Shown: positions 1-9,970 of the stretch, in pieces
How the letters are laid out: each line of letters opens with the position of its first letter
Position numbering within the stretch: the first letter of the stretch is position 1
Origin: Candidatus Uhrbacteria bacterium GW2011_GWC2_41_11
GTDB taxonomy: Bacteria > Patescibacteriota > Patescibacteriia > UBA9934 > GWF2-40-263
Direction of reading: 5' to 3'
DNA: 47,146 bases
Assembly: GCA_000996355.1 (NCBI GenBank)
Contig: LCAH01000005.1
Span: forward strand, 1 to 47,146
Position numbers and translations under genes: made by a program
The notes under the pieces: model-generated
The model's database searches: none
What the model saw: only the letters and a program-made list of their open reading frames with translations
Told to the model about the DNA's origin: nothing

Positions 1-3000
1 CTTCTTTGAAACTCGTTGATTGTTGACCATCAACGGAAGCATACGTTCGCACAAGTCCGAGCCGATTATCAACGGGAGCTTTTGGATCCACCAAAGGCGT
101 TTCATAACGACTCACAGCCAATACCATTCCCTGTTCAGCAGACGGACGCAAATCTCGTAATTCTTCCGGCGTCACAGGAATAGTCACAGATTGACCTTTA
201 TCAAGCGTCACATGTTTTCGCTCACCTTCAATCATATATCCAACAATCACAGGACCGCTCTGTAATGTTGGAAGTGTTTCTTTGATATACAAAGCCTGTT
301 CAAGCGCGATGAGTGTATTTCCAGCTTGTTGATTCATGACATAATCAAATAATTGATTGCGTTCCGGTTCTCCAAGCGCTCCGGCCAACACCGCAAGAAG
401 AGCTGTTTGTTCAGCCACTGTTTCAACATGTTCGCTTGGTAAATAGGCATACCCGACATCTTTTTTTAAACCTTTGGCAAGCTCACGATACATCATACGT
501 GCTTCTTCATCAGAACCAAGAAAATGCAACGCAAGCGCAAGATAAAGTTGTGTATCAGTATCAAGATCTTTTTCCGCAGCAAAACGTTGAACTTCCGCAA
601 GCACTGGCTCACCCATCGCAGCGATAGCTGCGTACGCTTCCGCTGCTTGTCGCGCATCAATGGATGTGGACGTGCCTTTTTGATCCTCTGTATATAATGC
701 ATTCTCAAAAAACAGTTTCATCTGATTTTCATCAAATGGTGTTTGTCTGAAAAGAGCAATCTTTGCTGTTAAATCATAATCTTCACTTCCATAGGGCAAA
801 AGACGAATGCCTTGTCCTTGATAACTTGAAGCCATGATATCTGGAACCGATTGCGTTTCTCCGAATTCCGCATGTAACATTTCCGTTGCGACAACACGCA
901 CAGTTGCCTCATCTGCTCGGTCTCCAAACGTTTCAGAAAGTCCGAGAAGATTTCCATAATATTGACCACGATTACCATCCAAAAATGTCACATACGTCAG
1001 CCGATCACTTGCTCCAGTCACAGATGTATTTCCATTTAATTGAGCGGTTGCAATCACGGGCTTTACCAATCGTGACGGAACAATATGAACGGTTCGTGTG
1101 ATTGTATCTTTCAAATTTCCAGCCGTAGCCACGATCGTGACTTCATGCGGTCCGATATTCAAATCTGGAAGAGGAAATCGAGCCGAAGAACCAGCATTCG
1201 TATTAAATATTTGATCAACTCCTGCATCAGAAATCTTTACTTGATAAGTCACAGGTGTGTCAGATGAGACTTGCGTTCCACCCGCACGCAACAAAAGCAC
1301 CGGCTCATCCGCATCAAGATATGAATCTCGCATAACAGGGATCGCAAAAAATGGGAGACTGGCATTGATATTTATTTTTGTGTTTCCAGCAAGTTTTTGA
1401 TCTGTCTGAAATGCCTGTGCGGTCACACGCCAAGACGTAATATTATCCGGTAAAGTAAAACGATATGTTCCTTTTCCTTCTTTATCCGTCACAAGTGTTG
1501 TAAAACTTGCAGTATCTTTGAAAATAAATCGTCCACGATCTCCACCCCCACCACCTTCTGCCATACTTTGCATCGTAGCAGTTTCACGACTCACCTGAGT
1601 GGACAAAACACCACTATCAACAGAACGGAAAAGTTCGCTTAATGGATTCACATTCTCTCCTGCAAGGGTGTAGAAGGATTCATCTACCATATTCAAATTC
1701 ACTTCCCCGACAATAGGTTGTGCTTCTTTATTTTTCACTTCCACATTCAACGTCACATCTTCCCCAGGACGATATGTTTCTTTATCTGATGTTACTTTCA
1801 TCTGTAGTTCATTCAAAGAAACATCATAAAAAATATTCAGACTGGTTGGTCCGCCCCATACAAAATTATTTCCGATTTCAGCATACGCCTCTCCATCAAA
1901 ATAAACTCCATACACAGCAACGTTTGGAATATCTTCACGTTTAAATGTGAATTCGTATTGAGAAGATGTGCGTACATCTGTTTCCTGAACCCCTTGCTGT
2001 GCTTGAAAATAAAGGAATGACCCGTTTTGACCTGGAATAAATGGGACTTCGTTTTGTTCGATAGAAAGATGAACTTTTTCATCTACTCCATATCCTTTAA
2101 ATGCGTCTGGATTTGCTTTTTCGTCCATGTTCACGAATCGCAAAGACATGTCTTGTCCATATTCATACGATTGTTTTTGCCACACATAAACATCTGTTTT
2201 ATCCGTACGTCCAAATTCATCTTTTGCAGATAATTTCACAAAATAATTTGCATCTGGATTTGGAGCCGGAAACTCATATACTGCCTTTCCATCCGGTCCT
2301 GTACTCACAGAAAAATCATCAATGGTTTTTTCATTGCGGTTGTATTGATATTGTTTAATCACTTCTTTACGAACAAAATCATAAGAAGAACCAACTTCCA
2401 TTCGTGTATATGTAATCTCAATAAGTTGACCTGTTATCACTTGTCCACCACGTGGTTTTGGTGCAAACACTTTTGGATCCCAAGAATTTATTGCCTGCGT
2501 TTCACGCGCCGTGAGGTTTACACGACCAACATGATCTTGAATAGATGTATCTTCCCATGAAACATCCAAATAGACCTTTGGTCCAAAAATCATGATATTT
2601 GTTGAACCTGTAATATCTCCTTCTTCCGGACGCGCTGGAGAAACGGACAAATATGCTGGACGAGGATATCGCCAACCTTCAAGTACCTCTTCATAAGGAA
2701 TAAAACTTCCACGAGCATTTCCTCCTTCATCCAATATTAATGTCTGCTGACCAAAAGAAGTATCTGTAAGAACCTGCAGACCTTTCACCGGAGTTCCTTC
2801 AAAAAATTCTCCATGAACTGTGTATCCGACCGTGTCACCAACGAATGCAGCTTCAACATCTGGAGTGATGGTTAACGTGTACGCCGGTTTTTCATATTCA
2901 CTTACACTGATTCCGCGCGATATGACACGTTGTCCATTTACTTCTACTACAACGTCATAATATCCAGGAGTCACTCCAATGAGATCTAACACACCTTCAA

Positions 3001-4837
3001 ATGTTCCACGCTCAGTTACTTTAACTGTTGATTCATCAAAGATGAGCGGTTCTGGTTCTTTACAAGATAAATCTGACCACGAACACCATCCACTTTGCCC
3101 AATCCATACACGAACATTCTCTGGACGATCGCCTGTTTTACGATCTTCAGCATATCCCCAAAAACGAAGCGTATCCGTTGGTTTATACATGGGACGATCT
3201 GTATAAAAATACGACCAATAGGAAGATTGTGAATCACGAACAGGACCCATCATGCGTTCGAACGATCCTTTTCCATATATGACACTTTGTTGCCCATCAA
3301 CGGAAAGAATAATGGCATCTGTTCCACTCTTAATTTCAATATGAGAGGCATCTAAATAGGCTTGTGTATTTCGATTTTCCGCAGAAAGAGAACTCAGTCC
3401 ATTTTGATCTGTTGGAGAAAACGTTTCATCACCGACAAATCGAACATTCGCACTTTTCACAGGTTTGTGCGTATCTGCGCTATTCACCCAAACCAATGTC
3501 TCATTTGTTGCTTTTGCAATATAAGCGGTGAGCGGACTGGATTCGATAAGAGCCCAGGATTGTTTTCCTCCAACCTCAAATTCTGCAAGATAATATCCAT
3601 TCTCAAGAGAAGAAGGAAACACAAGATATTTTTGCCATTGAAACTCCATTCCTGTTACATCAAATTCCGCTGTGATAGGCATGGTTGAGAGATCTACAAT
3701 CTGATTCACAGATCCGTATGATGTCCACATGAGATCATCTGCTTTTTGTACGGCCTCTGCATACTGATCGTATGCGCTTGGTTGTTTGTCTGTTGGAACA
3801 AAACGATGCACTTTTATATGAACAGCTGCTCCATCAACTTCTCCATACACATAATATGGAATCGCAACTGTAGAAGATGGAGACACAGAATAAAAATGGT
3901 CTTGCAAAGAAAATTCAGAAGAACGCATTTCATCAGCTGGAGCTGTTTCAAACTGAAATGTATAGGACTGACCAAGGGTTTCGTCACTTCCTGTGAGACC
4001 AAGTGAACCATCAATCGTCACGGTATAAATCGTTTGTGGAGTTAATTTCTCTGGGACAAAAACAAATGTTCGACGTGAAGATTCTATATGTCCACTCAAT
4101 GCTGGTGTAATCGTAAGAGCGCGTTCAAATGCTTTCGGGTCAATATTTTCATGACTAAAATTCACCTCAATCGCTGCATCAAGAGGTGTTTGAGATTGGT
4201 GCGTACCCGGCAAGGTTCCCAAAACACGAAACGGACTTTTTACTTGGAACGCCCAGGAGTATGGACGCGAAATGATTTGACCAGAAGAATCCGTTGCTTG
4301 GGTTTGAAGTTTAAAAGAAACAACTTGAGCTGCATCAAGGGGTTTTTCAAATGCAATACGAACTTTTTTATCGGAAAGCTGATTCATTTTATATGAAACA
4401 TCTGTATTGACAGATAAATCATTTTTAATAGCAGACGCGTTAATTTTTTGTTTACTCTCTAAAAGAAACGAAGAATTGTTTGCGATTCCGAGTGTATCTG
4501 ACTGTTCAGCTGTCAGCGTAAAATTATCAAATGCATACACCGTCTTCACTCCAAAAAAAGGTTGAAGAACAATCGTTGCAACCACAACAAGAATCAAAGC
4601 TGTAAATCCAATTGTGGCAAAACGGCGCCCTGGTGCACCTCCAAAGAGGGCAGAAAAAGAAAAACGTGACATACGTCGAACCTGCCAGGCTTCAAACAGG
4701 CGCGTATACAACGCCTCTTTGTATCCAGGACGAGGTGTAGGATCAATGGAATTAGCATGGCGGACAAAAAGACCGCCGACACCTTTTTCCAACGATGACG
4801 ATTCCTCTCTATTACGTTTTGAGTTCTTGAAAAACAT
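1..4837 (-). CDS. Alpha-2-macroglobulin family protein with N-terminal cytoplasmic segment and TM anchor (3' end runs off the window)
   Basis: Not in the ORF track because no stop lies in the window. Segments translated by hand from ATG 4837 (MFFKNSKRNREES...RRFATIGFTALILVVVATIVLQPFF) and near base 2 share one frame. A2M motifs include YTDRPMYKP, EYEKP and GGGGDRGRFIFKDTA...LPDNITSWRVTA. Confidence 0.9.
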   Translation of the reverse strand, partial: MFFKNSKRNREESSSLEKGVGGLFVRHANSIDPTPRPGYKEALYTRLFEAWQVRRMSRFSFSALFGGAPGRRFATIGFTALILVVVATIVLQPFFGVKTVYAFDNFTLTAEQSDTLGIANNSSFLLESKQKINASAIKNDLSVNTDVSYKMNQLSDKKVRIAFEKPLDAAQVVSFKLQTQATDSSGQIISRPYSWAFQVKSPFRVLGTLPGTHQSQTPLDAAIEVNFSHENIDPKAFERALTITPALSGHIESSRRTFVFVPEKLTPQTIYTVTIDGSLGLTGSDETLGQSYTFQFETAPADEMRSSEFSLQDHFYSVSPSSTVAIPYYVYGEVDGAAVHIKVHRFVPTDKQPSAYDQYAEAVQKADDLMWTSYGSVNQIVDLSTMPITAEFDVTGMEFQWQKYLVFPSSLENGYYLAEFEVGGKQSWALIESSPLTAYIAKATNETLVWVNSADTHKPVKSANVRFVGDETFSPTDQNGLSSLSAENRNTQAYLDASHIEIKSGTDAIILSVDGQQSVIYGKGSFERMMGPVRDSQSSYWSYFYTDRPMYKPTDTLRFWGYAEDRKTGDRPENVRVWIGQSGWCSWSDLSCKEPEPLIFDESTVKVTERGTFEGVLDLIGVTPGYYDVVVEVNGQRVISRGISVSEYEKPAYTLTITPDVEAAFVGDTVGYTVHGEFFEGTPVKGLQVLTDTSFGQQTLILDEGGNARGSFIPYEEVLEGWRYPRPAYLSVSPARPEEGDITGSTNIMIFGPKVYLDVSWEDTSIQDHVGRVNLTARETQAINSWDPKVFAPKPRGGQVITGQLIEITYTRMEVGSSYDFVRKEVIKQYQYNRNEKTIDDFSVSTGPDGKAVYEFPAPNPDANYFVKLSAKDEFGRTDKTDVYVWQKQSYEYGQDMSLRFVNMDEKANPDAFKGYGVDEKVHLSIEQNEVPFIPGQNGSFLYFQAQQGVQETDVRTSSQYEFTFKREDIPNVAVYGVYFDGEAYAEIGNNFVWGGPTSLNIFYDVSLNELQMKVTSDKETYRPGEDVTLNVEVKNKEAQPIVGEVNLNMVDESFYTLAGENVNPLSELFRSVDSGVLSTQVSRETATMQSMAEGGGGGDRGRFIFKDTASFTTLVTDKEGKGTYRFTLPDNITSWRVTAQAFQTDQKLAGNTKININASLPFFAIPVMRDSYLDADEPVLLLRAGGTQVSSDTPVTYQVKISDAGVDQIFNTNAGSSARFPLPDLNIGPHEVTIVATAGNLKDTITRTVHIVPSRLVKPVIATAQLNGNTSVTGASDRLTYVTFLDGNRGQYYGNLLGLSETFGDRADEATVRVVATEMLHAEFGETQSVPDIMASSYQGQGIRLLPYGSEDYDLTAKIALFRQTPFDENQMKLFFENALYTEDQKGTSTSIDARQAAEAYAAIAAMGEPVLAEVQRFAAEKDLDTDTQLYLALALHFLGSDEEARMMYRELAKGLKKDVGYAYLPSEHVETVAEQTALLAVLAGALGEPERNQLFDYVMNQQAGNTLIALEQALYIKETLPTLQSGPVIVGYMIEGERKHVTLDKGQSVTIPVTPEELRDLRPSAEQGMVLAVSRYETPLVDPKAPVDNRLGLVRTYASVDGQQSTSFKE

Positions 4838-4849
4838 ACGTACAAATAG

Positions 4850-5488
4850 CTAAACGCTTTTCTCGTTTTCTTCTGTAAAAAAAGTCTCCATCATCGCTTT
4901 CAAAGAATCATCTGCAAGCGATTCACATTTCTTTAATGCTCGATACAAGATGACTCCTGCATTGTTTGGAGTACATTCGAGTGCTTCTGCAATTTCTTGA
5001 TGCGAACACTCTGCGTAAAACTTCATACTCACCGCCAAACGCTCGCGTACATTTAATTGTTCCAACACACGTTCAAGACCCTGACCTAATAATTGATGAT
5101 CTACATGTTTTTCCAATCCAGCATCATGAGATGAACCTTCTCCAAATTCTTCATGTAATTCTTCTGTTGGTTTTCTTGTGCGATAATGATCTGTCACCGT
5201 ATTTGCTGCAATCCGATACACCCAAGCAGAAAAAGAAGTTTTCCAAATAAATGATGCACGATGGGCAAATGCTTTCAAAAAAATTTCAGAAACAAGATCT
5301 TCTGCTACTTCCCGACGACTAACACGCCGAATCACGAATGTATAAATTTTTTGAAAATATCGCTCGTATAATTGTTCGAACGCAGAAGCATCCCCATCTC
5401 GCATGCGATTCGTAAGCACTTCATCGGAAACCTCATAGTTTTTTTCAAATTCTGTTCGAGATGTCCCAAGCCATTCAGCTGTAAACAT
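4850..5488 (-). CDS. ECF-type RNA polymerase sigma-70 factor
   Basis: Region 2 (AFEQLYERY...AEDLVSEIFLKAF...FSAWVYRIAAN) and region 4 (SHQEIAEAL...LYRALKK). Start is 5488 or 5530. Confidence 0.93.
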   Translation of the reverse strand: MFTAEWLGTSRTEFEKNYEVSDEVLTNRMRDGDASAFEQLYERYFQKIYTFVIRRVSRREVAEDLVSEIFLKAFAHRASFIWKTSFSAWVYRIAANTVTDHYRTRKPTEELHEEFGEGSSHDAGLEKHVDHQLLGQGLERVLEQLNVRERLAVSMKFYAECSHQEIAEALECTPNNAGVILYRALKKCESLADDSLKAMMETFFTEENEKSV

Positions 5489-5620
5489 CAAAACACGGAA
5501 AAATCCTCTCAAAATAGGAAACGAAATCATATCAATCCTCTTACACGAATACGCAAATAATTAAGCGAAGTTTAGCATATCTTTCACAAAGAACGAAATA
5601 AAATATTTTGAAAATAAAAA

Positions 5621-5651
5621 CCGACCTACACACAGCATGTATGTAGGTCGG
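5621..5651 (-). terminator. Intrinsic terminator of the 8283-5658 operon
   Basis: ccgacctaca/tgtaggtcgg 10-bp stem, followed by a U-run on the - strand. Confidence 0.75.
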
Positions 5652-5657
5652 ATAAGA

Positions 5658-6176
5658 TTACATTCGCTTGAACGCCTCCCACTTACGGTGGAAGACCTCA
5701 CTCACCATCTGCTGGATGGTCGGATTCAGCAACCCGTCGAGATTCCGTTTCTGGAGCAGAGCATCCCGAACCTCGGTTGCCGAGATCTTGGGAGTACTTC
5801 CATCAAAACGGTTGACGATCGAGACTTTCCGACCAGCCTCAAGGAAAAACTCCACATCCTCCTCGCATCCGCCAAAAAATCTGACTTCCTTGGGATCAAA
5901 TCCCCCAAGAGTCAAGATGTCGTCGAGAGCCGTGAACCACTGATTGTTGTCCTCCTTGAAATCTGGAAGACCAACAACCTTGATTCCAGGAAATACTGCT
6001 CGGAGGAATTGTCTTCTCTCTGCATATGAAAAGAAATATCGCAGGGAGAGAGTGGCGTTTGATCCACCGATGATCACGAGACAATTCTCGATCCCACAGG
6101 TCTCGATCATCTTCTCGATAATCGCCTCATGTCCCAAATGCAAGGGACAGATTCTTCCCAAGAAGACACCCTTCAT
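5658..6176 (-). CDS. HxGH cytidylyltransferase-family nucleotidyltransferase (NMN adenylyltransferase-like)
   Basis: GRICPLHLGH, FSYAERR and ISATEVR motifs. Confidence 0.85.
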   Translation of the reverse strand: MKGVFLGRICPLHLGHEAIIEKMIETCGIENCLVIIGGSNATLSLRYFFSYAERRQFLRAVFPGIKVVGLPDFKEDNNQWFTALDDILTLGGFDPKEVRFFGGCEEDVEFFLEAGRKVSIVNRFDGSTPKISATEVRDALLQKRNLDGLLNPTIQQMVSEVFHRKWEAFKRM

Positions 6177-6194
6177 CTTTACCTCTAAAAAACG

Positions 6195-7484
6195 TTATGC
6201 TGCCAAGGCATCCGAATTACGGATACCAACAATATTCAATCGGAATGACGGTGCTTGGACAACTGGAATCTTCGTTCCGTCCAGACAATCCTCGAACATC
6301 CGCAAATCCACGTCATTCAGACAAAAGACGTTAAAAGAACCGATCCGCTTCTCGAGAAGCAAGGCGCCAATTTCCTCTGGCGTCGTTTCTTCTTCCCGAC
6401 CACGAAAAATCGTGCTGTCCCGACGATCGCAGATAAGAACACGCATCAGGTCAGACACAGTTCCACCCACAATCTCGCGGCCGTTTCGTTCGGAAATGAG
6501 ATAAGCCACGCGATCTTCGTGAAACGGCTGTTCCTCGAATCGGACACGAACGCGGTATTCCTTGTGTCCTCTTTCTTCGAGAAATGTTCCAATCTGTTCG
6601 GTTAGGGCCTGACGCACGTCCTTGAGTCCCTCTGTCAGACGTGGACGAATTGCCTTGATTTCAACGACCATACAGGTCGCGATCCAGTATGACTGGACAG
6701 TGAACCCGAGAATACCAGGATGGCGATTGACAATGCCAGAAATAAATTCAGTCGTTTCTGCATCCAATGCAGCATGATTGATCTTTTTCCAAGCATCCGT
6801 CACGATCCCCTTGGCAGTCCCAAGCATAAGCCAAGCCATCCCAAGACCGCAGAGGTATTCAATCCATCCAAAAGATGGAATGAAAACCTGAAGAAGGATA
6901 CCAGCAAATGCCAGTGCATCTAATCGTCCATCACTTGCTGTTTCTTCTCCATCATCCTCGATAAGCCGACGAGCGTATTTCTTTCCAACTCCAATCTGGA
7001 AGCGACTCATCCGAAAAAGAACAAGTGCACTCACTCCCATGACCAAAGCTGAAATGAGACGCGGAGTTGTTTCCATAACCACCAATTCAGGAATCGGTAG
7101 AAATGGAATAACCTTGATTTGCTCGAGTGAACCAGGAGAGACAACCAATATAATCCCGAACACGGATTTGAGTCCGATCTCATACAAGGCGAGAAATCCA
7201 AGTGAAAGACCAATACCAAGAGAAATAAACGGCTCAATACCACTTTTTCCCCAGATATGTTCTTTTGTCTTTCCAGAATTCCCTACCTGCACTCCCAACA
7301 ATATCAATATTGCTGTCAAAATATCGCTCGTCTGATGCCAGGCATCTGCCTCGAGCAACGGCGAGTGGAACATGAGTCCAGGAATCATTTTTCCAGGCAC
7401 CATGATCAAATACATGATCAGGATGGCAGTCATGGCTCCGGTTGGAGTCTGAAACCAGGACACTTTCTGTTTCATTCGGTCCAT
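6195..7484 (-). CDS. Cation diffusion facilitator family transporter with extra C-terminal domain
   Basis: ADAWHQTSD (TM2), HIWGKSGIE (HPxGxxRxE-like), ETASD (TM5), about 6 TM helices. Confidence 0.75.
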   Translation of the reverse strand: MDRMKQKVSWFQTPTGAMTAILIMYLIMVPGKMIPGLMFHSPLLEADAWHQTSDILTAILILLGVQVGNSGKTKEHIWGKSGIEPFISLGIGLSLGFLALYEIGLKSVFGIILVVSPGSLEQIKVIPFLPIPELVVMETTPRLISALVMGVSALVLFRMSRFQIGVGKKYARRLIEDDGEETASDGRLDALAFAGILLQVFIPSFGWIEYLCGLGMAWLMLGTAKGIVTDAWKKINHAALDAETTEFISGIVNRHPGILGFTVQSYWIATCMVVEIKAIRPRLTEGLKDVRQALTEQIGTFLEERGHKEYRVRVRFEEQPFHEDRVAYLISERNGREIVGGTVSDLMRVLICDRRDSTIFRGREEETTPEEIGALLLEKRIGSFNVFCLNDVDLRMFEDCLDGTKIPVVQAPSFRLNIVGIRNSDALAA

Positions 7485-7503
7485 TCTTTCTATCTCCTTC
7501 CGG

Positions 7504-8283
7504 TTAATAACGGCCGATCGTCATGACCGGCACCAAGGTGATTTTGCGCAACGCATCCGGGTACCATCCGAACCAGATCTTGTCCCCGTATCCCATGAGA
7601 ATGAGGGGCGAGGAAATGCGCTGTGCCGCAAGATTTATCCCACGTGCCACATCAGTGTCCATGGCTGGAATTGACCGATGGAAAAGACCAAGCTGATCAG
7701 CCGCTTCCTCCGCAGATTCGAGAATCTCTCTGGCAGATTCGTTCATATGATCCGACGGATCATCGGACATTACGCTCTTATCCCGGAAAGTAGTGTGGTA
7801 AAATACCACTTTCTCAAACCCCATGGCAGCGATAAGTGGCAGACCGATTTCCACGGTCCGCAAGGCTGAATCCCGAGTTCCGAGTGGAATCAAAACCTCA
7901 CCTTCTCCACGCGCGCAGAGCGTTCCCTCGTACGCCGGAGACAGAACATTTGCTTCCTTGCGCATGTTCCCAAATTCATTACTGATGACCAGCATGTTTT
8001 TTGGAATAGCGTAGGTTTTGAGGTCGATACGAAGGATCGTAAACCTCATGAGACCATAGGATTTCGTCCCAATCCATTGCTGGATCGTTCGTATAATCCC
8101 CTGTTCTTCCTCGACAAGAAGATCTTGATCTTCCATTGGATCCGAACCGACGTCGATAAAAACATACAGAACGGACTGCCCGAAATGTCGGACAAGTTCA
8201 GCCGCGAAAAACGCTTCTGAACGCGATTCCGGCGTGTCTCGAAAGATAAAGCCGATATTCGGACCGTTTCCGGTTTTCTTCAT
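7504..8283 (-). CDS. Hypothetical protein with C-terminal universal-stress-protein-like fold
   Basis: VLIPLG...DVARGINLAAQRISSPLILMG...LRKITLVPVMTI resembles the USP pattern. SD GGAGG upstream. Confidence 0.55.
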   Translation of the reverse strand: MKKTGNGPNIGFIFRDTPESRSEAFFAAELVRHFGQSVLYVFIDVGSDPMEDQDLLVEEEQGIIRTIQQWIGTKSYGLMRFTILRIDLKTYAIPKNMLVISNEFGNMRKEANVLSPAYEGTLCARGEGEVLIPLGTRDSALRTVEIGLPLIAAMGFEKVVFYHTTFRDKSVMSDDPSDHMNESAREILESAEEAADQLGLFHRSIPAMDTDVARGINLAAQRISSPLILMGYGDKIWFGWYPDALRKITLVPVMTIGRY

Positions 8284-8353
8284 TTATCCCTCCAAATTAA
8301 AAAAGACCTTGTTTAACGCAAAAACAAAAAATAACCAAGACATTAAACAGTCC

Positions 8354-8382
8354 ATAATACCAAAAAAATCATGTTTTGTCAA
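8354..8382 (-). promoter_or_regulatory. sigma70 promoter TTGACA-17-TATTAT, overlapping the uvrC stop codon
   Basis: Consensus hexamers with 17-bp spacer and TG extension. Confidence 0.75.
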
Positions 8383-9704
8383 TTTTTCTTAACAAAACTT
8401 TTTCCCCGTAATTCTCGATGATATTTGATAGCAAAACGATGGGCTTCATCACGAGCTTGTTGGAACATCTGTTTTCCTCGCTCAACAACCTGAGCTAATG
8501 CTAAATTTCTCGAATCAAAAACGAGACGATCTTGTTTGCGATCAAATCCTTTAGCCAAACCAACAAGAGGAATCTGAACATCAAATTGATTCAATACATC
8601 TTGCACTTTACCCACCTGTCCTTCCCCGCCATCAATAACCATAAGCACAGGAAGTGGCCATGTATCAGGAAACTGTTTTACTCGCGCAAGACGTCGACGC
8701 AAAACTTCTTCCATCATTGCCACATCATTTGAACCTTGAACGGTTTTAATTTTGAATTTTCGATATTCTTTTTTTGCAGGTTTTCCATCTAAAAACACAA
8801 CCATGGATCCTACCGCAGATGTGCCGGAAATATTACTAATGTCATAACACTCAATACGACCATTCAGATCAATTCCTTCTTTTTGTTCAATTTTCGCAAA
8901 AGGAAGATCAGCATCTTCTTTCATCACAAGCGCAACATCTTGAATATGTTCAAGGGCAAAAAGATTGTTGCGTAGTTTTGCTGCTTGTTCGAAACGATGA
9001 AGACGTGCTTCATGCTCCATTTCTTTTTTGATTTCTCGCATGAGTTCTGTTTTCCTTCCTTCAAAAAATAAAATGAGTTGTCGAATGATTCGATGATATT
9101 CTTTTGCCGTAATCGCTCCCGTGCATACACCTGGACATTTTTTAATATGCACATTGAAACAGGCTTTTCGTTTTCCTGTTACTTCGGGCGGCTGACAGAT
9201 ACTCCACGGAATCATTTTTCGAATGAGATCAAGCGCACGACGCAAAGCCTGAGCACTTGTATAAGGACCAAATACAGCCAAAAAATGCTTTTTTGCCACA
9301 GGAGAAAGTTTGCGTTCAAATGGATTGATATGAAGACGCTCGAGTTCAAGACCACGCATCAAAAGCGGACGCGGATACGCTTCGTTTGTGATCACAAGAT
9401 ACAAAAATGTTTTATCGTCACGTTGCAGAATATTATATTTTGGACGTTTGGCTTTAATTTGATTTGCCTCAAGCACAAGCGCTTCAATCACGGTTCCTGT
9501 TTGCACATAATCAATACGAGCAATATTTGAAACCATATCTGCAATCCGATTATCATGTGCCTTTGTAAAATACGAACCAACTCGCTTTTTGAGTGAGGTT
9601 GCTTTTCCAACATACAGAAGTTCTCCGGACATGTCGTAATAAAAATAGACACCGGGGCTGTCTGGAAGTTCTTTATTTTTTATTGTGATGTGTGAAGGGA
9701 TCAT
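8379..9704 (-). CDS. uvrC: Excinuclease ABC subunit C (short form lacking the C-terminal HhH)
   Basis: GIY-YIG (PGVY...LLYVGKA...LKKRVGSYF), UVR domain and RNase H-like domain (IECYDISN, IDGG, RDEAHRFA). Confidence 0.95.
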   Translation of the reverse strand: MIPSHITIKNKELPDSPGVYFYYDMSGELLYVGKATSLKKRVGSYFTKAHDNRIADMVSNIARIDYVQTGTVIEALVLEANQIKAKRPKYNILQRDDKTFLYLVITNEAYPRPLLMRGLELERLHINPFERKLSPVAKKHFLAVFGPYTSAQALRRALDLIRKMIPWSICQPPEVTGKRKACFNVHIKKCPGVCTGAITAKEYHRIIRQLILFFEGRKTELMREIKKEMEHEARLHRFEQAAKLRNNLFALEHIQDVALVMKEDADLPFAKIEQKEGIDLNGRIECYDISNISGTSAVGSMVVFLDGKPAKKEYRKFKIKTVQGSNDVAMMEEVLRRRLARVKQFPDTWPLPVLMVIDGGEGQVGKVQDVLNQFDVQIPLVGLAKGFDRKQDRLVFDSRNLALAQVVERGKQMFQQARDEAHRFAIKYHRELRGKSFVKKN

Positions 9705-9721
9705 GGTGTGTTTGGTTGGTT

Positions 9722-9774
9722 TGTAGAAAATGTAGAAGGCGTTGAAAGTGTAAAATATATTAAATTGGTTTTAG
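9722..9774 (+). repeat. Tandem 9-mer tract, left member of an imperfect inverted repeat with 10776-10836
   Basis: tgtagaaaa tgtagaagg cgttgaaag tgtaaaata. 31/37 identity to the reverse complement of 10791-10827. Confidence 0.7.
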
Positions 9775-9924
9775 CATTTTTTTAACAAAGTGAAAATGTT
9801 GTTGATTCAAAATATGGGGCTCTGCCCCAACATCCCCGACCAATTTTCTTGTGCTTGCCCAAAAAAAATGGGTGAAAAGAAAGGGCATCCCCGAAGGATT
9901 TGGAGGAAATAGATCGAATTCAAA

Positions 9925-9953
9925 ACGGACGGAAGTAGAACACTTCCGTCCGT
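9925..9953 (-). terminator. Intrinsic terminator
   Basis: Perfect 12-bp stem acggacggaagt/acttccgtccgt just past the 9971 stop. Confidence 0.75.
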
Positions 9954-9970
9954 CTGAGACCCGCCAGCTG

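Noticed and set aside
436-4853. Many short ORFs in the first 4.8 kb
   Set aside because: All overlap the single long - strand A2M frame that the ORF track missed
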